Assembly: GCA_002269645.1 (NCBI GenBank)
Contig: NIVC01003255.1
Coordinates: 1 to 55,159 of the forward strand
Origin: Macrostomum lignano
Lineage: Eukaryota
Direction of reading: 5' to 3'
DNA: 55,159 nt
Part shown: positions 11,779 to 24,500 of the stretch, piece after piece
Layout: the number at the start of each line of letters is the position of its first letter
Numbering within the stretch: the stretch's first letter is position 1
Notes under the pieces: model-generated
Seen by the model: the letters and a program-made list of their open reading frames with translations, nothing else
What the model was told of the DNA's origin: nothing
The model's database searches: none
Position numbers and translations under genes: made by a program

Positions 11779-13890
11779 TTAGCCCATCGAGCAGTAGTCC
11801 TGCAGCTGCTGGAACTCCAGTCCGGTGAGGCTACGACTGCTCATACCGTAGCAGCGGATTGTGCCCTTGAAACTCCTATCATCTTCCAGGCTATAGCCTA
11901 GTCGCAGACACCCGAAGCGACTCGCAGCAGCGCTCCCAATGCTTCCATTTTGCGTTGGCTCCGCGTACGTGATGCTTCCGTTAAAATAAAATTTCACACT
12001 TTCGGCGTTGGCGGCGAACGAATAGCCAACTGAGATTAAACTGGTTGAGTCATCGTTAGTAAACAGGTTGTAAGCTGACCAACGTTGATACTGGAAATAT
12101 CCGTTCATCCAATGAAAATAGGCGTACAATGAACGGCTATATTTTGCCCAAGTACTAGCCGATTGGGTTCCGTCGCATTGTTGAATCCGGTGGTAGAAAT
12201 TGTAGCTGAAAGTTTAGTCACTCGTCAGATTTTTTCTATGAACAATTGTTACACCATAACCCCTCCTCACTCTCTGCCCTAAGTCCCCTATCTTATCCCT
12301 CCCTGCCCCAGCCCCCATGTCACTCTGCCCCAGTCCCCCAACTCACCTCTTGCCCTAGTCCCCTTCCTCCCTCCCTGCCCCAGTACCACACCCTACTTCT
12401 TGTCCTAGTCCCCAACCTCACTTCTTGCTCCAGTCCCCCTCCTCACTCCCTGCCCAGCCCCCACCTCACTCTCTACACCAGCCCCACCTCACTCCCTCCC
12501 CCAGCCCCCAACCTCACTCCCTACCACATTCCCCCTCCTCACTCCCTGTCCCAGTCCCCTACCTCCCTGCCCCAGTCCCCTACATGTACCTCCCTCCCTG
12601 CCCCAGTACCCCACTCTACTTCATGTCCTAGTCCCCCTCCTCACTCCCCTGCCCCAGTCCCCCTCCTCACTCCCCTGCCCCAGTCCCCCTCCTCACTCCC
12701 TGCCCAGCCCCCTCCTCACTCCCTGCCCCAGTCCCCCTCCTCACTCCCTGCCCAGCCCCCTCCTCACTCCCTGCCCCAGTCCCCCTCCCCACTCCCTGCC
12801 CAGCCCCCTCCTCACTCTCTGCACCAGCCCCCCACCTCACTCCCTGCCTCAGTCCTCCAGATCCTTATTCTCTTCTCCACTTATCTATACACTTTATCTG
12901 TATCCTAATTGATCTCTAGCCAATTAAAAGATTGTCAAGAAAGTGTTGAAATATTGTCTCACCCGCTCGTCATGTTATGCCTAGCTAGCATGTAGAATGA
13001 ATAATTTCTATTAAAGTCCAAATCGTGCTCAAGGCCAGGCGTCTTAGCAATCAGATAGGAATCATTGTGCCCCATCAGCTGGGCACCGTCGGTCCCAAGG
13101 TTCACGTTGCGAGCGGTGAGGCAATACTGCCTTGGATTCACCTCGTTCAGTAAGCCGCTGTGCGTGAATCGGTAAAACATTTTCATCTGCAGCTGGCTCA
13201 GTAGACCAGCGTTTTCTGAAAAATAGGCAAGGTACGTTACGACAATGACTCTATCCTTAACGTGGGAGAAGTGTAGAGTCAGAGTATCGTCTGGGTTTCT
13301 TTCGCTGACCAAGAAGCGACACTGCCCTGCCCACATCAAATCTTGTATAACTTTAGTCTTCTCCATGTTTAAATTGACACACAAACAACGGATAAACGAG
13401 TTTCTGAGCATCTTTTCACACAAGTTGGCTTGCTGAAACAACCTTGTCTTGAAGTTTTGTGTGAATCAAGAATATTGATTGGACCAAACTGCAAGAGTCA
13501 GTGTCGCTTTTTTGCAGAGAAAATAGTGTTCCTTGGCAGATTCATTCGTGCTAGCCACTTACTAGAAGCACCCGTATGCTGATAAGTGTCGCAGCTTCCA
13601 GACGTCCATTGTTCCACTGTCGAGCAGGAGTCGCCAGTGTAGCACAGCCGAGTGCCCGGATCAAAGTAAAAGGCGTCACAAAGCGGCTGCAGGCTGCAGT
13701 GCACCGAGCACTCAGCGTTGCTTCCAACGTTGGACGCCGCAATCACTGCAGCGTCGGTGGGGCAGAGCGAAGTGCGTTGGAATGTCAGACTGTCCGTTTG
13801 GAAGCCGAGAGCAGAAGACAGCCGGCACCAGCATGTCATTAGCATGGCAATCGGTAGACATAGCTTTGTAATTCGTGGGTAGCGATGCAT
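11779..13890 (-). CDS. Secreted protein with signal peptide, PAN/apple domain and LamG/ConA(pentraxin)-like domain; exons approx. 13890..13563, 13341..12963, 12136..11779
   Basis: Hydrophobic N-terminus (LCLPIAMLMTCWCRLSSALG); PAN pattern ECSVHCSLQPLCDAFYFDPGTRLC; C-terminal SFKGTIRCYGMSSRSLTGLEFQQL resembles the LamG_3 end (F.G.I......R.L...E...L); donors GTAAGT (13562) and GTGAG (12962) with phase-compatible acceptors. The exon 2 acceptor and the start codon are uncertain. Confidence 0.65.
12260..12860. repeat. C-rich degenerate minisatellite (CCCCTCCTCACTCCCTGCCCAG-like, ~23-25 bp units) in an intron
   Basis: Strongly strand-asymmetric pyrimidine repeat visible directly. Confidence 0.9.
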
Positions 13891-15116
13891 TTTCTAACAA
13901 GGGTTGAAACAGAATATTGACGCGATGGACTGAGAGTCCGCCTTAGCCCCATCATATTTTATTGGCACTGAGCTTCCCCTTACATGTGGTATGGGAGGGG
14001 GAATGTAGCGACAATTCTATTGGCTGTTCGTCATGTTGGCATGGTTACGGAATCGGCCTAACAAACTCACACTTGATTTCACTGTATTTCCCGTGTTTGC
14101 TCTCAGATAATACTACTTCTGATGACGTTGTTTTCTAACAGGAAATCGAATTTTCTCGGGAAGTATCTGCTTCTACTGACATGACAGGCTCAAATATCTA
14201 CATGTGAATTTCGCCTTTGTTGACTCTACAAAGAATTTACCGTTGGATTTCTCCTTCCAGCGTCCTCTCCGCGGCGGCCACTTCAGCGCAGAAAGTTGAT
14301 GAAAAAGTGGTCTCTTCAATAGCCATTCAGCGATGCCAATTTCATGAGTTAGGAAGACTTATCGGTAATGCAGGAACTATACCCTCCGCTTTCCCCGGGA
14401 CTTGTGAATTATTGACAGAAACAGAATCGCCGGTTTCCTCTATACAATGAATTTCTCCTTCAATTAAGTCGAGTTGGCTTCCCATAAGCTTTGTCTATTT
14501 GTCTCGGCCGCGCATTTTGAATTGCAACACTTTTCAGGCTTTAGAATGAGTCATCAATGTAAAATTTATGGGCGGCGTGCGTCCTGAAAAAACGAAGTTT
14601 CACGCAAATTCTACTTATAAATCTGTATAATAAAATAATAGATTAGTTAAGCTGCATTCAGTATGGCATAGAAAGTTTAAGCAAAGAATTCTAAGCTACA
14701 ACAGTCCAACTTGCAGCTGCAATTCTTATGCTTAAAATGTTTAGCATTACATTGCTCACTAGGAGACAGATTGAGAGAGACTGCTTAAGCGTGAATGGTG
14801 CCAAAGCTGTACCCGGCAAGCGAAAGAGTTGGGAGAGAAAAATAGTAGAAGCAAGCTAGAATAGCCCGCCTGTTGGTTGAGTCGAAGAGTGGCAGAAGAG
14901 CAGTTTGAGCAGTGAGTTTGTATGTGCTTTTCTCTTTCGCTTCTCTCTGCCCATCAATGACAGACAGAGAGCTCTCAGCGTCAATCTTCTCGTTTTCATT
15001 TTTTTCATCGCCCAGATGCTCTAATGAAGATATAAAACGAAGGAAACTCTTGGCTCAGCCGGAGCTGTGACGTATTTTTTGGTGGACACGAGCCAGTTAT
15101 AGCCACTGCACGCAGC

Positions 15117-16333
15117 ATGCAGCAGGTGCAACAGTCAGCCATGATGGTTTCTCACGTAAGTACGAGTATCGCTCTTATCTTATATTTTTACCGGTAGATT
15201 TGCTAATAAATCTATAAAAATAAATCTCATCTTATTTGGATGTCTTCGGAGCAGAATTTAATCAAACGCAATAGTAAACAAAGTTTCTGCTATATACGCT
15301 TGTACGACCTTGAAAATAACCAAACTGAACCTTTGAACGCTATGTACACAAATGAGTTCAGCGATTTGGATGGACAGATGTACTATAAATCTTTAGAATC
15401 TGTGTAAAAATATACGCTCGCAATAACTGAGAGAAGCACCATGACACACTTGAACGGACACTAAGACTCAAAAACACACTTGGAACCATGATAAAAAGCA
15501 TTAAAGACAACGGCCCTAAAGTAAGGTAATGTTTGCTTCTCTCTAACCCTGCTCAATAGAACTCGCAGCAGCAGCAGCCTCAACTGGCCCAGTGGCAGGC
15601 GGATCGAATCTGCACAGCTGCAGCTTCCGGTAGCCCCATCGCCTTGACGGCCGCCCTAACTGCCGTTGGCGTCACAGTCGACGTAGCCACTTCGGTAGAT
15701 CGGTCCGTCGACGACGCCGCTTACGCTGCAAACATCGTCAACTGTCGCGACTCAGTGCGCTGCTTGACGCCGCTTCACTGTGCGGCCACCGCAGCCGCTG
15801 CCGCCGCTGCCGGACCTGAAAGCGACCAGGTGGACGCAGGCGCGGGAGACTGCGCCGCTTCGCTCCTCGTGTTGGGCGCAAATCCCAATGCCAGAGACGG
15901 CCACGGTTGCACACCGTTGCACTACGCGGCTCGCTACGCCTCGCCAAAGGTTTGCCAATGCCTGCTGACGTGCCGGTCAACTAGGATCGATTTGCGCAAC
16001 GCATGGGGCAGGACAGCACTCATGTTCGCCGCTTGGGGCGGCGATGAGAGTGGAGCGGTTAGCGGAGCTGGTGACAGCGAGATTAAGCGGCTGGTGATTG
16101 CTCGATCTCTGCTCAGGGCCGGAGCCAACGTCGACATCCGCGACTCTCGCGGCAGAACGGCGCTGATGTGGTCGGCGTTGAACGCCAAAGTCGCTCTGCT
16201 CCGGCTGCTGCTGAACTCTGGCGCCGATTGGCGTCGGAGAAATTTTGACGGGCTGACGGCGGCTCAGCTGGCTCAGCGTGAGGGTCACGTCGAGGTGGCG
16301 CAACTTCTAGCTGCAGTTGCAGACAATGCGTAA
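15117..16333 (+). CDS. Ankyrin-repeat protein, ~271 aa; exons 15117..15155 and 15560..16333
   Basis: Ankyrin motifs TPLHCAA, GCTPLHYAA, GRTALMFAA, GRTALMWSA, GLTAAQLA; small first exon MQQVQQSAMMVSH with GTAAGT donor joins in phase 0 to an acceptor at 15559. Confidence 0.85.
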
Positions 16334-17832
16334 GTAGAAATAAAAAGTCCAGGAACACGGGCGTATGCGTTTCTCAAAAAGTAGAAGGACGCTGCACTTG
16401 CAGGTTTTAATGCTGGCCAGTTTTCGGAGCAAAAAGCGTCAGAAAGTTGGGATATGTAAGTACTAAATTTACAATGTCTCAGCTTGTGGACTTCGAATTT
16501 TAGGCAATAATATGGCAACAGGGTTGTGGGCTCATTGGTGCAACGCCTTCGACAACATCGTCCCATAACCCCGAGCTCGTACACTGTACGCAGGCAAGCA
16601 CTCATACACACGCTCACACGGTTTTTGTCTGTGGCGAAATCATGTTCAGCGCCATGCAAAAAATACAAATCAACATCGCTTGAAACATTTACTGAAGTTC
16701 AAAATGTGTATTGAAAACTGGTGCAAAAATTTGCCCATGATATACTCTCGCTATGCTCGTAGAGTCGCAGAAAAGTTTAGAATCATCGCACGTGGTCCCA
16801 TAACAGCAACTATCGAGCTGATCAATAGCATTGTACATGAGGTTAATGAATTGTACACTGAGACTTTTCTCCCTAATCTTGGACAAACACATAGGCCAAA
16901 CTTTCGTGCAAAACTCTTAGGCATTCACCGTGCAACTGTCGAATCGCAGAGGATTAGACTTTTAGCATATTGATTTTGGTTCGAAGCTGAGCTCAAATCA
17001 TCCTTAGACTAGTTACTTATCGAATTATGAATTCCAGCTTGAAATCACCATCCGGTGTTGCCAGTGCACCTGCGGAAGGCCAAGACGGTGCAGCCTCAAA
17101 GGAAGGAGCTCCAGGCACTGAAGCTGCAGGCGTGAACGCTTCCACGGGTACTTCCTGACGCATTTTCGGATTCGTCCATGAATTGAAAGATTACCAAAGT
17201 AACCAAATAACTGATGACTAACGAGTGACGACGTCTCGGCGTATATAACCAAAGCTCTTCCTCATTCAATCTGTTTTTAACTGATTGTTAAAAATTTTCG
17301 TACGAGTTACAAACAAAAAACTTTTTTGTTTAAGCATCGTGAATGTTCGTAGTTCACTGATAAGACTTAAGCTATTTTAGTGACACTGTAAATAAACAAA
17401 TATATTTTAATGATCCCGCAATTACAAAGCTAAACTTTACACCCTGAAAGTGAAGCATACGGCTCTTTCGAATTGCCTTTGTCGCTGGCGAACGAGTATT
17501 ATTACAGTACATCGATAGATAACGACGTTATACCCATTTTCCAGAGACGTCGATAGCCATCTGAATTTTAGTACTGAAAGTGTTAAACTCTTCGTTCACA
17601 GAGAGATAAAACTTGCTTTAAAGTACTATGATTTCAAAGCGTTTAAAGCATCAATGCACCTAGTGCAATAATTTCTTTTTATCGAGGAATTCAAAACTGT
17701 GACAACTAGGAGAGAGAGAGAGAGGCTATTCTCTGTGAGAAAACAAAAATTAGCAACAACAGTCGAACTTTCTTTTGGAACAAAATACCTTTAAATTCAG
17801 AAGTTTGTAGTTTGACACGCGTCAAGATTGAT

Positions 17833-18584
17833 TTATACTTTACTGTCGCTAAGTAGCTTCATTGCGTCTCGCAGAGGCGGCGGTGGCGGCGGCGGCGGCG
17901 GCGGCGGCGGTGGCCGCGGTGGCCAGATCCTGTTAGGGTTTGGTGGCACACGCTCGTACAGAGAGGATGAGGATAAAGTTGCATTTGAGGCCAGGTCGTC
18001 AAAGTCCTCAGGTGGAGAAGCGTTCTGCCAGTAGGCGGGCGGTCGCGGAAGAGACGCAGGCTCGACGCTATCTATTTCTTCGGGACGACGTCGCCGTAGG
18101 GGTGGCCGTTCTCGCAAGAAGACGCGGACGCTGATGCAGCTGCTTCCGTTGCTGCCACCTCGTCGACTGGAAAGAACGCAGAAAGCAGCGGCCAGTGCTG
18201 CAGCAATAACCACCCCAGCCACCAGCAGTGCGGGCAAAAGCCAGGGCTGCTCCTCAAGCAGCGATGTCGCAGATGAGAGAGTGATCATCTGCACCGAGGC
18301 CGGAGAGCTGGACTCGAACTCACGGCTAGCTGGATTGAGGTAAAGCAATGGACTGCTGACTCCACCGATAGTGGTGGCAGCCTCTATCTTCACCGTATAA
18401 AATTTTGGTCCTGGAGGTGTTTCTTTGAAAGCGAATTCCGTCTCAGACAGGCCTCCTATTGACCTGCCGTCCAATGTTAGCCTGTAGGACAGGAGGGGAC
18501 CGTTTAATCGAAAGCTGCCGGACCAGTCAAGGCGAACCAGAGGGCCAGAGAACTCAGCCAGTGGAGGCTGCATATAGACGGGAT
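17833..18584 (-). other. USH2A: Usherin terminal exon: last FN3, TM helix (~18175-18245), polyproline tract (~17876-17922), PDZ-binding motif DSKV (17836-17847)
   Basis: WLLPALLVAGVVIAAALAAAFCVL hydrophobic stretch; RERPPL; poly-Pro; DSKV-stop. Confidence 0.85.
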
Positions 18585-21500
18585 CTGCATGGAGGAGTAT
18601 GAAAAACGAAAAATAAAATTTCGCATGCAATAATTTCGACTTTAATAAACGAATTTGATCTTACCTGCTGGTGAGGTATGCACTCGAAGCCAGACAATTT
18701 CATCGCTGCGAAACCTGGAATTGCTGACTACGAGACGCGCTTTTAATTCTTGATAAGGGTCCAAACCGGTGACGTTCCAAGCTCCGGAAGCCTGTATTAT
18801 TGGATAGTTTCTCTTTATCGTCTCTGTTCCAAAGACCTCAACTAGAAGCTCGTACCCATCAACGGGACCGTTCGGATTTGCAGGCGGTACAGGCCTAAGA
18901 GTGATGTAGTTCGCGCTAGTGGCCTCGACAGCTGGAGGACGCAGGCCCCGAGGAACACCAAATAGCGTAGAAAACTCTACTGCAGGACCGCGACCGCAGC
19001 CCGCTGAATTGCAAGCCTCCACCCTCGTCGAGTATACCGCGTTTGGTGTCAGATTACGCAGGCTGACAACCAGCAAGTTGTTGTCAAGCTGTATTTGGTA
19101 TCCGTTAAGGATGATGCTGAGATTTTTTATGTGACCGTTTGGCTTATTTGCTACTGGCGATTGAACCTGTAAAGTCGCGGAAACGTTGGTGACTCCCTGC
19201 AATAAAAGCAAAACAAGTGACTGAGTAAAGCACAGTTATTGATAAGTTGAATGCTAATAGAATGCTGCACTGTAAATGCTGATTTTTGCAGAAAAAAACA
19301 TATGATATTAATGATACAAGACGCATTCTGAGTTAGAAACTGTTAAAAACGTTTGTTGCAAGAACTATGTATAAAACGTACCAACAGCAGAGGAGCAAAG
19401 ACCTCCGATGGTGTCATCTCAACTGTACGCACTAACGCCCAGTCACTTAAGCTGCCCTCCGGCAATGAGTTGAAGCAGCCGACTCGATAGCGGTAGAACG
19501 CGTACGGAAAGAGTTCATTTGATTCGTCAATAAACTTCCAGCTCCCATCGCTATCATAATCTGCCCCGCTGAAGATGACAACTGCGTCAGAGAAACTGCT
19601 GTCTGAATGCAGTTGCGCTTGCCTTTCCAAGCGGCAGCTTACGATACGACCATTCGGCTGGCTTGGCGACAACCAAGTGACCCGAATTCCAACCTGCGTA
19701 CCGTTTGTTGAGTTGAGTCTGACAGGCTGCAGTGATGGCGGTGGTTGACCAGTTGGTGGTGCCTCTAACGTGCGAAACGAAATGGTCTCTGTTGTCGCGC
19801 AAGCAGTGTCTGTGCAAGCTGTTAGCCGAGCTGAGTAATTCGTGAACGGATGAAGGGCCAACAAAGCGAACGAAAGATACGTTGGTGGCAAAGGAATGTT
19901 GCCAAAAGGAGTTACTGCAAGGCTATAGTTGCGTAATTCGCCATTGCTGCGCAACGGAGGCACCCAGGCTATAACTGCAGCAGTAGCGTTTAGCTCAGCA
20001 ATACGAGGCGCTTGAAGTCCTTCGGGTGAGCCAGCCTTAGTGACGGCGATGGCATCGGCGCTGCGAACACCGCCGGCGGAGTTGACTGCTACAACTGCGT
20101 AGGAATAGGCTGTGTCAGGCAACAAGCCAGCGTCAACTACCTGAAGTGTCGTTGAGGAAACCTCCGTAAACTTTTGACTGTTGCGCAACAGTCTGTATGA
20201 TGTCACAACTCCGTTTGGTCGTTTTGGTGGTTGCCATTCAATCGCTATACGACTGGAGTCAAGAGTAGTCGGAATTGGTGCTTCCAGATCGGCAGGTGCT
20301 GCTTCTGAAGTGCGCACAGTTGTGACTGGACTGTCAGTGCAGCCTGATGAAGTGCAGGCAGCCAAGCGAAATGCGTACTGCGCGAACGGCATTAAGCCGA
20401 CTACTGCTGTGGTGTTTGTGTCAGCCGGTAAGTTTGTAAAAGAGGAACTTCGTTTTGTTTTAGCATGTATCTGCAATTGAAAATAGTTAGGATGAGCAAA
20501 ATTACAGTATAAAATTTTGTACTTTCTGCAAAAACTTTATAGCTGAAACATTACCTAGTAATAACACCATTTTGAATCGCAGGCGGCAACCAGGATAAGT
20601 GCACGGCATTAGCTGTCACAGAGAAAATCTGGGCGCTTTCACTCCTATTGGTGGTGCCTCTGGAGTGCGACCGATGCCAGGCGGTGATGCAGGGCCACAA
20701 GGAGGTGCTGGGTCGGCGGCAGAGTTGCAAGCCACTACTGAGTAGGCGTACAATGTGAAAGGTCTAAGATCTGAGCCTTTATCTGTCCACGATATTGTAG
20801 AACTATTTTGGTTTATCTTTGATACTTGAGACAATTGAGCCGTTTCTCCAAATGTTGTATTTTATAATTCGACCATTAGACTGGACGGGTGGATTCCAAG
20901 AAATAACCAAATACATTGGAAGCAATGGTGCAACGCCTGGCACATCTGGAGGACCTGGGTCGTCTCTGGAGTGACCAACTCTACAAAGGCACTCCTAATG
21001 CAGGCCACAGAGTTGCAAGCCTCAATGGCATAGGAGTATTTGGTCCAAGCTTTTGCACTCGAGTCAGTTGCGGAGAAAATTGACCGGCCATTATCAGCCT
21101 TTGACAAATTTAAACTTCCGACAGTATCGAACATTTCGCTAGTTTCTGAGCGTTGGCGGCGCAGGATGCGGTAGATTAGAATTTTTCCATTTGGCTCAGC
21201 CGGTGCAGACCAATTCACGCGGACAGTAATCGAGTATCTGGTGGCCTGGTTAACATTCATTAAAGACCCATAAGTAGCTAAGGTGTGGCAGATTTGCTGT
21301 GCATTGTTGAATTTTTGGTAGCTGGATGTTCAATAGTACCACTGACGTTAGCAGGAACAATAATGGCTGCGACTTGCGGTGGCGACTGAGCCTCGGGCCG
21401 TGCCTCAGCGGTGCGGAGGCTTTCTGTGGGGCCAGTGACGCAACCAGCTTGTGTGCACGCTTCCAGAGCTACATTGTACACTGTGTACGGCTCTAATGGA

Positions 21501-24500
21501 CGCCATCGAAAACCTGTCGAACGACCAGCGTATAATAATACACTACTGTTAACAGTCAGCATATGCTTCAGCCGATACAATTTCACAAAACCATTTGGAC
21601 GACGAGGAGAAAGCCAGTTAAGTAAAAGCTCGCGACCGTCAGCATTTGGCGTTGCTGTTATTTCAGCGAGGCCAATGGGCGGCGCCTCCCAGGTCGTTGC
21701 TTCGGTCCAGGGGCCAGAACCGACCCCGCGGCTGTTAAAGGCAGCGAGACGAATATTATAGGTTGTAGCCGGCGATAAGCCACCGATAATGCAACCTCCA
21801 CGGCTACCATCTAGCTCAATATGCTTTCCTGTGCCTTCAACTGCGATTCCGCGCTGCGAATTGCCTAAAATGAGTAAAGCTGCAACATAAGTGCTTCTAA
21901 TACCAGAATATCAGAGCTTCGTAATTCCGGATACATGTAAACACTTTAATGTCTAGCCTTCCGCAAATTACCTTGTAATCCAGTCGGTACAAAAGTACCC
22001 GCCCACTCCGTTCAGCACTGTTCGTCCAAGATACATTCAGGCTAAATGGATCCAGAGCTTCTGCGATAGGCGTCGGGACGTGCTGCGGAATATCATCAGC
22101 CGTTACTACTTCTGTCCAGTTACTTGCCGTCCTGCCGTAGTTGTTAACAGCCACGAGACGGTACTCAAAAGCGGAGTTGGGAGTAAGGTCAGGACTGAAG
22201 TCGAGAAAATTTTGACGCCCGCCGTCAACTTGACCAGCGAGTTTGATGGTAGACTCGGCAGCAACTGCAGCAGGATTTCGTAGAGCTTGCGACGCTCAAT
22301 TTTAAAGGTGCGAATGTTTTGCTGGCTTCGGGTAAGCTGTGCTGTTTGCCACTGCACTTGCACTGCATAAGCATCCACTGCGAACACGAGTGGGCCTGGC
22401 ATTTGAAACGGTGCTCCATCAACGGTGCGAGTAAGTACCCAGTCGCCCGCTCGACAACTGTAGTCGCTGATATTCTGGCAGACAATCATTGCAACGCTGT
22501 ATTGACAGTTTGGCCGTAAGCCGTCGTAACTTGAGACCGTGCCAAAAGTCTCTCGAAGCAAATAGCGCTTTTGTATTAAATCGCCAAATTCACCAATCAG
22601 TGTTAAAATGTACTGATCAATGCCAAGCTCCAGTGGCAGCAAATTCCAAGAGATTTGCAGACTGCCATCGTTCAGAGGCTCACACGCCTGAATGTTGCTT
22701 GCAATAGGTGGCTGGCGAGCAGGTGTTTGAACCATGATGGACGGACCGACAAGTTTCGTTGAGTTTTTCACTCCGTGAGCAATTACTCTAAACCAGTAGC
22801 GCTTATTGATCTGCAGATCCGTAAAACTCGCGTTCCTCTGCCAAGCGGGAAGGTCACTAGCCACTAACCGGAATTGGTCGTCGCCGTCGACTTTCTGCTC
22901 AATCGAATACCGGATGGGCCGACCGCCTCTAATAGGCTCTGACCAGTAAACCAATACCGAGCTGCTCCCTGTGAGGACCACTCCCGGAGCTTTCAAACCA
23001 GCAGGTGGTGATTCGAGTGTTCTAACAGTGGCTAGCCAGCTGGTACCGTTGGTGCAGCCTTGTCTTGTGCAAGCTGAAACTAGGAATGCGTATAACGTGT
23101 CTTGCTGTAATCCGCCGTATCGATAGATGGTTTCCAGACCTGAATAGATCTGACGCTTGTTTGTGACGTCGTGTAACTGGTATTCCGTAATGCGTCCATT
23201 TGGATGCTCCGGCGGTTGCCATTGAGCCAAAAGCGCATCAACTGCTAGGGCCGTTAATCTGGGAGGCTCAATGCTTGTTGGAACCGATTCCGCAGTTGCT
23301 GCTTCAATCTAGAATATTATTTTAGATTGTTTAACTGTAGTGGCTTTTTGACATGACGTGTGAAAACCCTTGCCGGTGTAATTTATTATTTATGTAACAA
23401 TCGATTCTACACTACGATATGCAAGCAATTAGTGATATAATGTTAAATATGAGAGGTTTTCAACACAGCGCTGATAAAAGCGACAGTCGATACGCAGCCA
23501 CCGACAATGCTATTACTCTTAGATATAGCAGTTATGGTCACTGCTTTGTTCTCGCATCACCTAGGCCCACTATCTTACATGAGTGCCATGGTCTTACTTA
23601 CAATTTTGTTCATTATCAGGAAAGTACATGTATAAAACGTCGGGTTGACAGCTGGTGTTCAAAGACGCAGATAACCTGACGAACCACAAACTAATTTGTT
23701 TGCGCAGATCCAAACGTTAATTCGACTCCATTTTGCAACCATTCATAAAACCATCATTTTCTTGCGAGTAGCAATGCTTATAGACTACAAATGAATGTAC
23801 GCTTCGTTACCATTTAGTAAACTTACCCATTCAGAAGCGGTGCACCCGCCATCGGTGCATGCAATTATTCTGTACTCGTAAACTTTGAATGGCTCCAATG
23901 CAAGACTGTCAACAAACTTGAAGACGAGCCCACTGAACAAATTCAAAGAGTCGGCTGTTTTGTTCACCATTTTCTGACGCCGTTCGACTCGGTAGGACTT
24001 CACTGGACCGTTGGGTTTGCTGGGTGGACTCCAAGTCAGGCTCAATGCATCTGGCCTGATTGGTTCAGCAACTGGTGGCGTTACAAACTTTGGTGCAGCC
24101 GAAAAAGTGCTCACAATTGTCAGCGAGGATTGGTTGGTAGCACCAGCAGAGTTTACTGCTTCCACAGCATAGGCGTATCTGGTGCTGGGACTCAACTGGC
24201 TGTCTAGAATTAGTCAAATTTTTGGGAAGTATTATTGACAATCTATACATACATGTATGATTGGTAATATATAAGATCATAAAATATTTTTCAATGGTAT
24301 TTTACTTTTACTGCTTTGAAGGGATATAAAGAATCATTTTTGAACCCTTATTCAAATAAAGCTATTCATAAAAAGAATCGTTTCTAATTGAAATTCTCAC
24401 CATTGAATGATGCCTTTCGACCCTCGTACACGAGCTGGGGCTCCGATAAGCACTTGTATTTAATTGCTTCGTGAAGAGTTTCTCTAGCACTGATAGGCCC

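Noticed and set aside
12246-12908. 220-aa proline-rich ORF
   Set aside because: Arises from the C-rich intronic minisatellite, antisense to the PAN gene.
14113-14170. Hammerhead-ribozyme-like CTGATGA...GAAA core
   Set aside because: Stem II is weak, stem III cannot be formed properly and there is no valid NUH cleavage triplet.
14217-14480. Possible coding exon on either strand
   Set aside because: Only short frames with no recognisable motif; not supportable as a CDS.
17025-17252. Short ORFs downstream of usherin
   Set aside because: No homology or convincing splice structure recognised.
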